From: Candidatus Entotheonellaceae bacterium | GTDB taxonomy: Bacteria; Tectomicrobia; Entotheonellia; Entotheonellales; Entotheonellaceae | NCBI GenBank assembly: GCA_965238075.1 | Contig: OZ250173.1 | Coordinates: forward strand, 2,112,001-2,176,000 | Direction: 5' to 3' | DNA: 64,000 nt | Shown: piece by piece, positions 48,771-58,381 of the stretch | Layout of the letters: each line of letters begins with the position of its first letter | Numbering within the stretch: the first letter of the stretch is position 1 | The notes under the pieces: generated by a model | Seen by the model: only the letters and a program-made list of their open reading frames with translations | Database searches by the model: none | What the model was told of the DNA's origin: nothing | Made by a program: the position numbers and the translations under genes

Positions 48771-50405
48771 GTGCGAGGAGTGACGGTGAGCGAGCAACGG
48801 AAAACACGGGGTCGAAGCATAAGCGCGCTGGCATGCTGTATGGGGCTGTGCCTGTTGGCCGGCGTGGCGCTGCTGAACGCCCCCATGGTAAACGCCCAGC
48901 CCACGCAGGCGGACCTCGAAGCCGGTGAGCAGCTATACCTCCAGCGCTGCGCCCATTGTCACGGCACGGAAGGCGACGGCGTTGGCGCTTCGGCGGATGT
49001 CGTCTATCCCAAGCCGCGCGATTTCACCTCCGGCGTTTACAAGTTCCGTACCCACCATGAAACCGAAGACGGCAATCCGCTGGCCGCCGACGCCGACATC
49101 GCCCGCAGCATTCGAGAGGGGCTGCACGGCTCGTCGATGCCGGGATGGGAAGCGATTCTGAGCGGTCGGCAGATCGACCAGTTGGTGCACTACATCAAGA
49201 CGTTCGCCGAGGTGTTCGAGGAAGACGTGCCGGGGCCGGCACTCAGCTTTGCCAACGAGATTGCCTCGTCGCCGGAGAGCATTGCCAGGGGCAAGGAGAT
49301 TTTCGAGACCGTTTTCGAATGCCATACCTGCCACGGAACGGACGGCCGCGGCAACGGTCAGCAGGCCCTCGATGGCCTGGAAGATGATTGGGGTTATCGT
49401 ATCTGGCCGGCCAATCTGGCCAAGCCCTGGACGTACCGCGGCGGCAGCGGGCGGCGTGACATCTTCCGCAACATCGCCCTGGGCATTTTGGGCACGCCCA
49501 TGCCGGCCTTTGCCGACCCGGATCCGCTGGTCGAGGCCCGCGAGACGGATGACCCGGAAGAGAAACAAGAGATCGAAGCGCTGGCGCGGGAGTTGCGGGA
49601 GGACATCTGGCACACTGTGAACTACGTCCAATCCTTGTGGACCTACCCGCAGCAGCCCGAGGTCAAGGCGACGTTGACCGCCAAGCGGGTTGACGGCGCT
49701 CTGCCCATGAGTCCCGATGACGCGGCGTGGCAGGAGGCCCCGGTCAACTACTATCCGTTGGTTGGCCAGGTGATCCAGGAGCCGCGGCTGTTTGCCCCCA
49801 TGACCGTAGGCGTGGAACTCCAGGCCCTGCACAACGGCGAGGAAATTGCTTTTCGGCTGGTGTGGGACGACCGCACCGACAGCAAACCGGGAGAGAGCGA
49901 CGAGATGGAAACCTACGTGGATGCCATCGCCCTGCAGTTCTCTTCCAAGCCGCTGTCCGGTATGGAGAAGCCGTATTTCCTCATGGGCGGCGCGTCCTAT
50001 CCGACCGACCTGTGGTATTGGCGAAACGACCCCGGCGATGCGGTGCTGATTCAAACGCAGGGCGCCAGGTCATTTCAGGTCGGCGATAATGCCGGCGGGC
50101 TGGTCAGCCAGGGACAGTTGGACAACGGGCAATACCGCTTGGTGATCCAGCGGGCTTTGCAGACGGAGCAGACTGACACGGAAGTTCAGTTTCCAATCGG
50201 CGCCTTCATCCCGTTCAGCGTGACGGGGTGGGACGGCTCGAACGGCGAGTTCGGCGGCTACAAGCGGACGGTGATGGCCTGGTACAACCTGTACCTGGAG
50301 CCGGAGTCTTCGAAGGCGCCGCTCTATCTTTTGTTGGTCGGCATTGGCTTTGGATTGATCGTGGAATTCTCGGCGCTGTTTGTGACGCGAAAAAATCATG
50401 GCTGA
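48771..50405 (+). CDS. Dihaem cytochrome c fused to an ethylbenzene dehydrogenase gamma-like (haem b) domain
   Basis: Signal peptide; CAHCH, CHTCH; HNGEEIAFRLVWDD, DAIALQF, YFLMG, WDGSNGE...KR; C-terminal TM anchor. Start may be GTG 48786. Confidence 0.82.
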   Translation: MRGVTVSEQRKTRGRSISALACCMGLCLLAGVALLNAPMVNAQPTQADLEAGEQLYLQRCAHCHGTEGDGVGASADVVYPKPRDFTSGVYKFRTHHETEDGNPLAADADIARSIREGLHGSSMPGWEAILSGRQIDQLVHYIKTFAEVFEEDVPGPALSFANEIASSPESIARGKEIFETVFECHTCHGTDGRGNGQQALDGLEDDWGYRIWPANLAKPWTYRGGSGRRDIFRNIALGILGTPMPAFADPDPLVEARETDDPEEKQEIEALARELREDIWHTVNYVQSLWTYPQQPEVKATLTAKRVDGALPMSPDDAAWQEAPVNYYPLVGQVIQEPRLFAPMTVGVELQALHNGEEIAFRLVWDDRTDSKPGESDEMETYVDAIALQFSSKPLSGMEKPYFLMGGASYPTDLWYWRNDPGDAVLIQTQGARSFQVGDNAGGLVSQGQLDNGQYRLVIQRALQTEQTDTEVQFPIGAFIPFSVTGWDGSNGEFGGYKRTVMAWYNLYLEPESSKAPLYLLLVGIGFGLIVEFSALFVTRKNHG

Positions 50406-50431
50406 CCCTGTAAGACCCCGGAGGGAAATGA

Positions 50432-51241
50432 ATGCTTGAGCAGATTATCGAACTTATGAACCGGCTGAACGTCAACATGTTGCGTTGGCTGCCGGAGGCC
50501 GCCTCAACGTACGCGCTGGCAATCGACGAGGTCTTCTACATCATCTATATCATTACCGGGTTGGCGTTCCTGCTGGTGACGGTGGTGATGTTCTGGTTTC
50601 TCATCCAGTTCAAAGCCAGACCCGGACGCAGGGCGCGCTATTCGCACGGCTACGTGGTCCTGGAGCTGATCTGGACAATTGTCCCAACCATCGTGTTCCT
50701 GGGCATTTTCTTCTACAGTCAGTCCACCTGGTCCATCATCAAGTACCCCTCCACGTTTCCCGAAAGCAGCGTCCAGGTACGGGTCGTGGCCAAGCAGTTC
50801 GCCTGGGAGTTTCATTACCCCGGCCCGGACGGCGAATTCGACACCGAGGATGACAAGATGTTCGACGGCGACATGGTCGTGCCGGTGAACCAGGTCGTGG
50901 GCCTGACGCTGCGCGGCTCGGATGTGATTCACAGCTTTTTCGTGCCGGAGTTTCGCCTGAAGCAGGACATACTGCCGAGCCGGGACATCCCGGCGTGGTT
51001 TAATGCCACCAGGACCGGGCGATTTGAAACGCCCTGCGCCGAGTTGTGCGGTCCGGGGCATTCCGGCATGAAGGGGTGGGTGAACGTTTACAGTGATGCC
51101 GAGTATCAGGCCTGGGTTGCCGAGCAGTGGCCGGCGCCTGTGGATACCGGCGCAGGGGAAATGGGCCAAGAGGACATGCCGCAGGGCGACGTGGACCCAA
51201 TGGACCAAGAGGACAGTGGCCAGGCCGATACCGCGCAATAG
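50432..51241 (+). CDS. coxB: Cytochrome c oxidase subunit II
   Basis: LELIWT, QFAW, DVIHSF, CAELCGPGHSGM CuA motif; no fused cytochrome c. Confidence 0.95.
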   Translation: MLEQIIELMNRLNVNMLRWLPEAASTYALAIDEVFYIIYIITGLAFLLVTVVMFWFLIQFKARPGRRARYSHGYVVLELIWTIVPTIVFLGIFFYSQSTWSIIKYPSTFPESSVQVRVVAKQFAWEFHYPGPDGEFDTEDDKMFDGDMVVPVNQVVGLTLRGSDVIHSFFVPEFRLKQDILPSRDIPAWFNATRTGRFETPCAELCGPGHSGMKGWVNVYSDAEYQAWVAEQWPAPVDTGAGEMGQEDMPQGDVDPMDQEDSGQADTAQ

Positions 51242-51271
51242 CGTTTTTCGCACTTGTTGAAGGGGAGAGTC

Positions 51272-53056
51272 ATGAGTGAATCCAGCGCCGCCACGCACGC
51301 CGGGCATCACCGAGAGGGTTTTGTAAAGCATTATTTTTTCTCGCTCGATCACAAGATGATTGGTCGTCAGTTTCTCTTCACCGGCCTGTCCATGCTGGTC
51401 ATCGGCGGCCTGCTGGCCATGATGGTTCGCTGGCAGCTCGGCTATCCGGAAGAACCGTTGCCCTTCATGGGCGGTTTTTCCGAGGACTTCTGGGACGGCG
51501 AGTCGTGGTGGGCGCAGACCGCTCCCTACGGTATTGTGACGTCCGAGTTCTACAACACGCTGTTCACCATGCACGCCACCATCATGATCTTCTTCGTGGT
51601 CATGCCGATCATGATCGGCGGTTTCGGCAATTTCCTCGTTCCCATCTGCATCGGCGCCAAAGACATGGCGTTTCCGACGCTGAACATGCTGTCATACTGG
51701 ACCTTTGTGCCCGGCGTCCTCCTGATGCTCCTGTCGTTCTTCGTGCCCGGCGGCGCGGCGGGCGGCGGCTGGACCAGTTACGCCCCTCTGGCCGCAGTGC
51801 CGGATTACGCCGGCGTCGAGGGACACTGGGGCGTCACGCTGTGGTGCATCAGTCTGTTCATCATCGGCTTCTCCTCCCTGATGGGCTCCATCAACTACAT
51901 CACCACCATCATCAACATGCGGGCGCCGGGCATGCGCCTGTTCCGCATGCCGCTGACCATCTGGTCCCTGTTCATCGTCGCCATGCTGCTGCTGCTGGCC
52001 CTGCCGGTGCTGACCTCAGCCCTGGCCATGATGGTCTTCGACCGTATGTTCGGCACCCACTTCTTCATTCCCGACGGCGGCGGCGAGCCATTGTTGTGGC
52101 AACACCTGTTCTGGTTCTTCGGCCACCCCGAGGTGTACGTCCTGGTGCTGCCGGCCATGGGCGTGACCTCCGACGTGCTGTCCACCTTCGCCCGCAAGCC
52201 GATCTTCGGCTACCGCGCCATGGTCTACTCGATGTGCGCCATCGCCTTTCTGTCGTGGGTCGTCTGGGGCCATCACATGTTCCAGAGCGGCATGGACCCG
52301 GTGCTCGGCACCGCCTTCACGCTGACCACCATGCTGATCGCGGTGCCGTCGGCGATCAAGACGTTCAACTGGCTCGGCACCCTGTGGGGCAGTTCCATCC
52401 GGTTCACCACGGCCATGTGGTTCGCCCTCGGGTTCGTATCGCTGTTCACCATCGGCGGCCTCAGCGGCATCTTCATGGCGTCGACGCCGGTGGACATTTT
52501 CATCCACGATACCTACTACATCGTGGCCCACATTCACTACGTGGTGGCGGGGATCATTTTCGGCATCTTCGCCGGGTTGTACTTCTGGTTTCCGAAAATG
52601 TTCGGACGCATGATGAGCGAAACCCTGGGCAAGCTGCACTTCGTGCTCACCTTCGTGTTTTTCAACCTCACCTTCTTCCCCATGCACTTTCTCGGTGTCG
52701 GCGGCCACATGCGGCGCATTTACAACCCGACGCAGTATGAATTTCTGCAGCCGTGGCAGGAGATGAACACCTTCATCACGATGATGGCGCTTTGCCTGGG
52801 TGCCTCACAGATTTTCTTCGCGATCAACTTCATCGGCTCCCTGATCTGGGGCCGGCGCGCCGAAGATAACCCCTGGGAGGCCAACACGCTGGAGTGGGAT
52901 ACGCCCTCGCCGCCGCCGCATGGCAATTTCCTCGAGGATCCGGTGGTTTACCGCGGCGCCTACGAATACAGCTCGCCTGAGGTCGAGGAGGATTGGTTGC
53001 CGCAGAGCGTGTATCTGGAGCCAGCGGTGGCCGGGCCGGAGGAGGGTCACGATTAG
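51272..53056 (+). CDS. coxA: Cytochrome c oxidase subunit I, type A1
   Basis: DHK, TMHAT, GHPEVY, WGHHMF, HDTYYIVAHIHY, MRRIY. Confidence 0.97.
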   Translation: MSESSAATHAGHHREGFVKHYFFSLDHKMIGRQFLFTGLSMLVIGGLLAMMVRWQLGYPEEPLPFMGGFSEDFWDGESWWAQTAPYGIVTSEFYNTLFTMHATIMIFFVVMPIMIGGFGNFLVPICIGAKDMAFPTLNMLSYWTFVPGVLLMLLSFFVPGGAAGGGWTSYAPLAAVPDYAGVEGHWGVTLWCISLFIIGFSSLMGSINYITTIINMRAPGMRLFRMPLTIWSLFIVAMLLLLALPVLTSALAMMVFDRMFGTHFFIPDGGGEPLLWQHLFWFFGHPEVYVLVLPAMGVTSDVLSTFARKPIFGYRAMVYSMCAIAFLSWVVWGHHMFQSGMDPVLGTAFTLTTMLIAVPSAIKTFNWLGTLWGSSIRFTTAMWFALGFVSLFTIGGLSGIFMASTPVDIFIHDTYYIVAHIHYVVAGIIFGIFAGLYFWFPKMFGRMMSETLGKLHFVLTFVFFNLTFFPMHFLGVGGHMRRIYNPTQYEFLQPWQEMNTFITMMALCLGASQIFFAINFIGSLIWGRRAEDNPWEANTLEWDTPSPPPHGNFLEDPVVYRGAYEYSSPEVEEDWLPQSVYLEPAVAGPEEGHD

Positions 53057-54015
53057 TGTCTTCGTCGCCGACGCCGCTATGGGTGCACCGCTTGGCGGTG
53101 GCGCTGATGGTCGCCACGCTGCTGCTAATCGCCATCGGTGCCTCCGTTACCAGCACAGGCTCCGGGCTGGCGGTGCCCGATTGGCCGTTGTCCTTCGGGC
53201 AGGTATTCCCGCCGATGGTGGGCGGCGTGCTGTACGAGCACGGCCATCGCATGGCGGCGGCCGTGGTCGGCATGCTGACGGTTACCTTGATGGTCGTGAT
53301 GACCCGCTGGGAATCGCGGGCGTGGATGCAATGGATATCCCGCACTGCAGTGCTGGCGGTGGTATTGCAGGGGTTGCTCGGCGGCATCACGGTGCTGTGG
53401 CTATTGCCGACGGCGATATCGGTCAGCCACGCGTGTCTGGCGCAGGCGTTTCTTTGCCTGACCGTCACGCTTGCGGTGTGCACGGGGCCGAGTTGGCAAC
53501 AACGGTGGGCCAGTCGGGAGGAAGACTCGCAGCCGCGTCTGGTTGTGCTGGCGGGTGTCACCACGGGGATGATTTACGTGCAACTTATTCTGGGTGCCCT
53601 CATGCGGCACACCGGCGCCGGCTTGGCGATTCCCGATTTTCCGCTCGCCTTTGGCGGCTTGGTGCCGCCCTTGGATTCCCCGGCGGTGCTCATCCATTTC
53701 CTGCATCGCGTCGGCGCGTTGGCGGTGACGCTGTGCATCGCTTGGACCGTCTCGCGGGTCATTCGCCAGCACGCTGGCGAACGGCAATTGCTGCGGCCCG
53801 CGCTGACGTTGAGCGGTTTGCTGCTGGTGCAGCTCACGCTGGGGGCGCTGACCATCTGGACGCGCCGGGCGGTTCTGCCGGTCACCGCGCACGTGGCGGT
53901 GGGCGCAGCGGTTCTGGCGACAAGTCTGTTTCTCACCCTGCGAAGTTTGCACTTGCTGAACCTTCGTTTTGGGGCTCAAGAGCGGCATTTCTTGACTGAG
54001 CAGGTATCGGCATGA
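53056..54015 (+). CDS. ctaA: Haem A synthase (COX15/CtaA)
   Basis: GSGLAVPDWP, EHGHR, HACLAQ, HFLHR, TAHV; GTG start overlaps the coxA stop. Confidence 0.9.
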   Translation: MSSSPTPLWVHRLAVALMVATLLLIAIGASVTSTGSGLAVPDWPLSFGQVFPPMVGGVLYEHGHRMAAAVVGMLTVTLMVVMTRWESRAWMQWISRTAVLAVVLQGLLGGITVLWLLPTAISVSHACLAQAFLCLTVTLAVCTGPSWQQRWASREEDSQPRLVVLAGVTTGMIYVQLILGALMRHTGAGLAIPDFPLAFGGLVPPLDSPAVLIHFLHRVGALAVTLCIAWTVSRVIRQHAGERQLLRPALTLSGLLLVQLTLGALTIWTRRAVLPVTAHVAVGAAVLATSLFLTLRSLHLLNLRFGAQERHFLTEQVSA

Positions 54016-54923
54016 CAGGACTGCAACTGGCCACACCGCGCGTTGAAAGCACGCCCCTCGTCCACAAGGTGCGCGACTATCTGGTGCTCGCCAAGCCGCG
54101 TGTCGTGGTCATGGTGATGGCGGTGACGGCAGTGGGCTATTACCTGGGCGCGCTTGGCGCCCCGGACTGGTTGCGCCTGCTGCATCTCATGTTCGGAACG
54201 GCCTTGGCGGCGGGCGGCACCCTGGCCCTGAACGCTTATGTTGAGCGCACCGAGGACGCCTTGATGAGTCGCACGGAGTTGCGGCCCCTTCCGGACGGTC
54301 GCCTGGAACCAACAGCCGCTTTGCGTTTTGGTCTTGCCGCCGCCTTGATCGGTTGTTCTTATCTGTTGATCATGGTGCACCCACTTTGTGCCGCTCTCAT
54401 TGCGCTTACCACTCTGATCTACCTGTTCGGCTACACGCCGCTCAAACGCAGGACCTCCCTCTGTACGCTTGTCGGCGCCATTCCCGGCGCCTTGCCGCCC
54501 GTGGTCGGATGGGCCGCGGCGCGCGGCACGCTGGTGGGCGAGGTCTGGATCCTGTTCGCCATCCTGTTTCTGTGGCAACTGCCCCATTCGCTGGCCATTG
54601 CCTGGTTGTACCGTGAGGACTACACCCGCGCAGGGTTCCGTCTCCTGCCGGTGATTCACCCGGACGGCCGCAGCACGGGGCGCCACATCGTTATGAATAA
54701 TCTGGCCCTCCTGGCCGTCGGCCTGCTGCCGACTCTGGTCGGCCTCGCCGGCACCGTTTACTTTGTCGCTGCCTTTGTCCTGGGCCTGATGTTCCTGGGA
54801 TTCGGTCTCGAACTGGCGCTCGTCCGAACTACTGCCGCGGCACGGCGCCTGTTGCTGGCCTCACTGGTGTATCTGCCGGTGATGTTCTTGTTCATGGCAC
54901 TCGATAAAGTGCCGCAGTTTTAG
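54012..54923 (+). CDS. ctaB: Protoheme IX farnesyltransferase (haem O synthase)
   Basis: KPR, D.LMSRT..RPLP.G, YTPLKR, GAIPGALPP, WQLPH. Confidence 0.95.
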   Translation: MTGLQLATPRVESTPLVHKVRDYLVLAKPRVVVMVMAVTAVGYYLGALGAPDWLRLLHLMFGTALAAGGTLALNAYVERTEDALMSRTELRPLPDGRLEPTAALRFGLAAALIGCSYLLIMVHPLCAALIALTTLIYLFGYTPLKRRTSLCTLVGAIPGALPPVVGWAAARGTLVGEVWILFAILFLWQLPHSLAIAWLYREDYTRAGFRLLPVIHPDGRSTGRHIVMNNLALLAVGLLPTLVGLAGTVYFVAAFVLGLMFLGFGLELALVRTTAAARRLLLASLVYLPVMFLFMALDKVPQF

Positions 54924-54934
54924 CAGGTAGCGAG

Positions 54935-55042
54935 ATGGCTTCCGACACGAAACGGCAACAGAACCGCTGGACGGCGGGCGCCTTGGTGCTGCTCCTGCTG
55001 GCGTTGTTTGGGGTGGCTTTCAGCCTGATGTTGTCGCGTTGA
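54935..55042 (+). CDS. Small 35-aa single-pass membrane protein
   Basis: Below the ORF-track cutoff: MASDTKRQQNRWTAGALVLLLLALFGVAFSLMLSR; fills the ctaB-coxC gap in the operon direction. Confidence 0.6.
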   Translation: MASDTKRQQNRWTAGALVLLLLALFGVAFSLMLSR

Positions 55043-55078
55043 TGCAAAGGGTGTTCATCGTGTCCGAAGGGGGAAACG

Positions 55079-55786
55079 ATGGCCGAAGACATGTCCGCAA
55101 CCGCTACGCTGGAGCCTGCGCTCGAAGAGGTTGAATCGGACGTTCGCCCGCAGGGGCCGCCGCCGTTCTTTCCTGAGCCGCCCGGCGGCTCGGGGGGTGA
55201 TGACCGGTTTGGCGATGACGACGATCACGCCGGTCCGCCGTTAAGCAATGCCTACCTGGGGCTGCTGATCTTCCTGGGCGCCGAAACGATGTTCTTTGCC
55301 GGGCTGATTGGCTCGTTCCTGGTCTTTCGGGTGGCTCATGAGGTATGGCCGCCGGCAATGCTGCCGCGTTTGCCGGTGGGGGCTACGGGTGTCAACACGC
55401 TGATTCTGCTGGCCAGCGCCCTGACGATGCGGCGGGCGAAAATTGCAATCCGCAGCGGCGGACAGCGCGAGTCGGTCCGCATGCTCTTGGTCACCGCGGT
55501 GCTGGGCATCACGTTTCTCCTCGTGCAGGGATACGAGTGGCTCCGGCTACTGCAGTACGGGCTGACCTTGGCGTCGGGCGTTTACGGCGCCACGTTTTAC
55601 GTTCTGGTTGGGTGCCATGCCGTGCACGTGCTCGGCGCCGTCATCTGGCTGGTGAGCGTGTTGTGGTGGGCCGTGCGGCGCCGTTACACGGCCAAGGGTT
55701 ATACGGGTGTGGCGCTGTGCGCCATGTACTGGTATTACGTGGTGGCGTTATGGCCCATTCTTTACGGGCTGGTTTACCTGTATTGA
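55079..55786 (+). CDS. coxC: Cytochrome c oxidase subunit III (copy 1)
   Basis: FLGAETMFFAGL, NTLILLAS, QGYEW, FYVLVGCHAVHV, YWYYV. Confidence 0.9.
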   Translation: MAEDMSATATLEPALEEVESDVRPQGPPPFFPEPPGGSGGDDRFGDDDDHAGPPLSNAYLGLLIFLGAETMFFAGLIGSFLVFRVAHEVWPPAMLPRLPVGATGVNTLILLASALTMRRAKIAIRSGGQRESVRMLLVTAVLGITFLLVQGYEWLRLLQYGLTLASGVYGATFYVLVGCHAVHVLGAVIWLVSVLWWAVRRRYTAKGYTGVALCAMYWYYVVALWPILYGLVYLY

Positions 55787-55845
55787 TCACAGCGGTGGCG
55801 CTGGGGCCACCTGACATTCTCAGGATAGGGAGATAAACATTGCAG

Positions 55846-56115
55846 ATGCGCAGGCCAGTCAAACGGATTGTCGCAGTGATCGTGTTTGCGGCGGGGTTGC
55901 TGCCGGCACTGTCGCACGCTTGCAGCGTTTGCTGGGGAGCGGATGATGCCCTCGCGCATGGCCTGAACGTCAGCATTCTTTTTTTGATGTCGATGCCTTT
56001 CTTGATTGGCGGGTCGATTGTGGGTGTTCTGTTCGTCGCTCAGCGACAGCATAAGGGCCGGCGTCGGTCGATACTCGGAAGCCTCATCCCGATGCAGAAG
56101 GAGCGTGTAAAGTGA
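55846..56115 (+). CDS. Small exported/membrane protein with CxxC
   Basis: Signal peptide ending SHA-CSVCWG then one TM helix; overlaps the next gene (GTGA). Confidence 0.65.
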   Translation: MRRPVKRIVAVIVFAAGLLPALSHACSVCWGADDALAHGLNVSILFLMSMPFLIGGSIVGVLFVAQRQHKGRRRSILGSLIPMQKERVK

Positions 56116-56723
56116 GTGAAGCGGTTGCGATGCAGAACGAGTCTTATGAAACGCCTCTGACTCCCGAAAGTTGGGGCAAGCTCGGGATGTGGGTTTTTCT
56201 GGTTGGCGACGCCATGTCATTCGGGACGCTGCTGGCGGCTTACGGCGCCATGCGCTACAGCAGTGGCGACTGGCCCATTCCGGCTGACGTTCTCGGCGTT
56301 GCCTTATCGGGTTTCATGACCTTTCTGTTGATCTGCAGCAGCGTGACGATGGTGAAAGGGCTTGAGGCGGCGCAGAGGAACGATCTCGACGGCTTCCTGC
56401 GCTTCATCGGCCTCACCATCCTGAGCGGCGCGATCTTCCTGGGCTTGCAGGCTTATGAATGGACGCACTTCATCCACGGCGGCCTGGGATTCGCTAGCAA
56501 TCCCTGGGGCTCGCCGTTGTTTGGCACCACGTTTTACGTCATCACGGGCTTCCACGGCATGCACGTGACCGGTGGCGTCATCTATCTGTCGTGCATCTGG
56601 TTCAAGGGCCGCAACGGCGCCTATTGCGGCGAAAACGCTTCACACGTCGAAATTGCCGGGCTGTACTGGCACTTTGTGGATTTGGTGTGGATCATGGTTT
56701 TTACCTTCATATACCTGTTGTAG
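56112..56723 (+). CDS. coxC: Cytochrome c oxidase subunit III (copy 2)
   Basis: KLGMWVFLVGDAMSF, QAYEW, ITGFHGMHV, GLYWHFVDLVW. Confidence 0.92.
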   Translation: MSEAVAMQNESYETPLTPESWGKLGMWVFLVGDAMSFGTLLAAYGAMRYSSGDWPIPADVLGVALSGFMTFLLICSSVTMVKGLEAAQRNDLDGFLRFIGLTILSGAIFLGLQAYEWTHFIHGGLGFASNPWGSPLFGTTFYVITGFHGMHVTGGVIYLSCIWFKGRNGAYCGENASHVEIAGLYWHFVDLVWIMVFTFIYLL

Positions 56724-56745
56724 AACGGAGGAGGAGAGCAACAGC

Positions 56746-57069
56746 ATGGCCGAGCACCATCGGGCAACCAATTACTGGGCGGTGTGGGTATGGTTAGCCG
56801 TTCTCACCATTTTTGAAATCGGCGTTACGTTGATTCCGGAACTCGCGACGCTTTACAAAGCCATTCTGCTGGTCGCCTTGGCGGTGGGCAAAGCGTTTTT
56901 GGTGGCGCTGTACTTCATGCACCTACGCTTTGAAACGCGTACGCTGGGGGCAATCGTGTTGACCCCCTTTGTAATCTGTGTGTTTCTCGTTTTTATGCTG
57001 ATGCCCGATGTCGGTTTCGAGCCGCGCGAGTCGCCCATACGTGCGGAGCACGTGGAATCGGATCATTGA
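56746..57069 (+). CDS. Cytochrome c oxidase subunit IV (caa3/CtaF-like)
   Basis: Y..VW..L..LT..E, KAFLVALYFMHLRFE; GGAGGAG RBS. Confidence 0.88.
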   Translation: MAEHHRATNYWAVWVWLAVLTIFEIGVTLIPELATLYKAILLVALAVGKAFLVALYFMHLRFETRTLGAIVLTPFVICVFLVFMLMPDVGFEPRESPIRAEHVESDH

Positions 57070-57106
57070 TGCCCTGGGACGACGGCATTGAGCCCGGGCG
57101 GGAAAG

Positions 57107-57541
57107 GTGGCGGACGGATTCGTTATGGTCGCTCTATCGACTTGGCCGTTGTTGAACGCCGTCTTGAATGGCACCAGCGCCCTGCTCCTCAGCAGCGGTT
57201 TCGTCGCCATCCGTCGCCGCCGAATAGCGGTCCACAAAGCGTGCATGCTGACCGCCTGCGCGACGTCGGTTCTGTTTCTCGTGTCGTACCTGCTGTATCA
57301 CTATCAGGTCGGTTCTACGGCTTTTACCGGGCAGGGTACGATTCGGGTCGTGTACTTCACCGTGCTGATCTCGCACACCGTTCTCGCGGTGGTGATTGTG
57401 CCGCTGGTCATCATGACGCTGCACCGGGCGTGGCGGGAGCAGTGGCCGCGTCATCGGCGGCTGGCGCGTTGGACATTCCCCCTGTGGCTCTATGTATCCG
57501 TAACCGGTGTGGTCATCTACATCATGTTGTATCAACTGTAA
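57107..57541 (+). CDS. DUF420 (CtaM-like) membrane protein
   Basis: LNAVLNG, HKACM, LFLVSY, ISHTVLA, HRRLARWTFPLWLYVSVTG. Confidence 0.9.
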   Translation: MADGFVMVALSTWPLLNAVLNGTSALLLSSGFVAIRRRRIAVHKACMLTACATSVLFLVSYLLYHYQVGSTAFTGQGTIRVVYFTVLISHTVLAVVIVPLVIMTLHRAWREQWPRHRRLARWTFPLWLYVSVTGVVIYIMLYQL

Positions 57542-57595
57542 GCGCCTCAAGTTCCCCCGTCCGCGGGGAAGTCGCATAAAAACCGGAGGGTAGGT

Positions 57596-57937
57596 ATGAG
57601 ACGCCTTTGGAATCTCCTCGACGTTTTCTTCTTCGCTATTGTGATCCTGGCCTTGGCGATTTGGCAGTTCAAGCATGGCACCAGCGGCGAAATGATCGTT
57701 TCCGCGTTGGCGATTCTCGGCGGTATCGGCTTGCTGTTTACCGGTCGATGGGGTCTTGTGCTCACCTGCATCGCGCTGCTCTTGGCGATCGCGGTCTATT
57801 TCTGGCAGATGTGGTACCAGCCGATTATCGAGGAAGACATCAATCTGGTGCTGCCGAACGTCTGGAAGATGCTCGTCGCCATCGTCCTGTTCATCTACAT
57901 CGGCCGCGAACGTATTGACCACCGCATGGCCTCGTAG
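57596..57937 (+). CDS. Hypothetical membrane protein
   Basis: 113 aa, about four TM segments, GGAGGG RBS. Confidence 0.7.
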   Translation: MRRLWNLLDVFFFAIVILALAIWQFKHGTSGEMIVSALAILGGIGLLFTGRWGLVLTCIALLLAIAVYFWQMWYQPIIEEDINLVLPNVWKMLVAIVLFIYIGRERIDHRMAS

Positions 57938-57983
57938 GCGGGTCAGTGGTTGAGCGCCGGCAGGTCCCGGCTCGGTGGCCGGG

Positions 57984-58346
57984 ATGACGTTGAAGCGGGC
58001 GCTGGGACTGCTTGGCCGCGGCCTGCGGCTGCGTTGTCCGCGCTGTGGAGCCAAGACGCTCTTCCGCAAGGGCTTCGCCATGCATGAGCGCTGCCGTGTC
58101 TGCGCCTATCGCTTTGAGCGCGAGCAGGGTTACTTCGTCGGGGCGATGTACATCAATTACGGCGTCACGGTGCTCATCATCGTGGTCGGCTACTTCGCTC
58201 TGGAATGGTGGACGCCTATCACCCTGGCCCAGCAGCTCGCTTTGTGGTCCGGCGTCGGCATCATCCTGCCGGTGGCTTTCTTTCGGCAAGCGCGTGGATT
58301 GTGGTTGGGATTCGACTACATCTTCAATCCCGGCGAGGACGACTGA
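57984..58346 (+). CDS. DUF983 family protein
   Basis: CPRCG...LF, CRVC...E.E.GYFVGAMY, two TM segments. Confidence 0.85.
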   Translation: MTLKRALGLLGRGLRLRCPRCGAKTLFRKGFAMHERCRVCAYRFEREQGYFVGAMYINYGVTVLIIVVGYFALEWWTPITLAQQLALWSGVGIILPVAFFRQARGLWLGFDYIFNPGEDD

Positions 58347-58381
58347 TTCAAGCCCGCCGGGGGCGAACCACTGGAGCCGCC

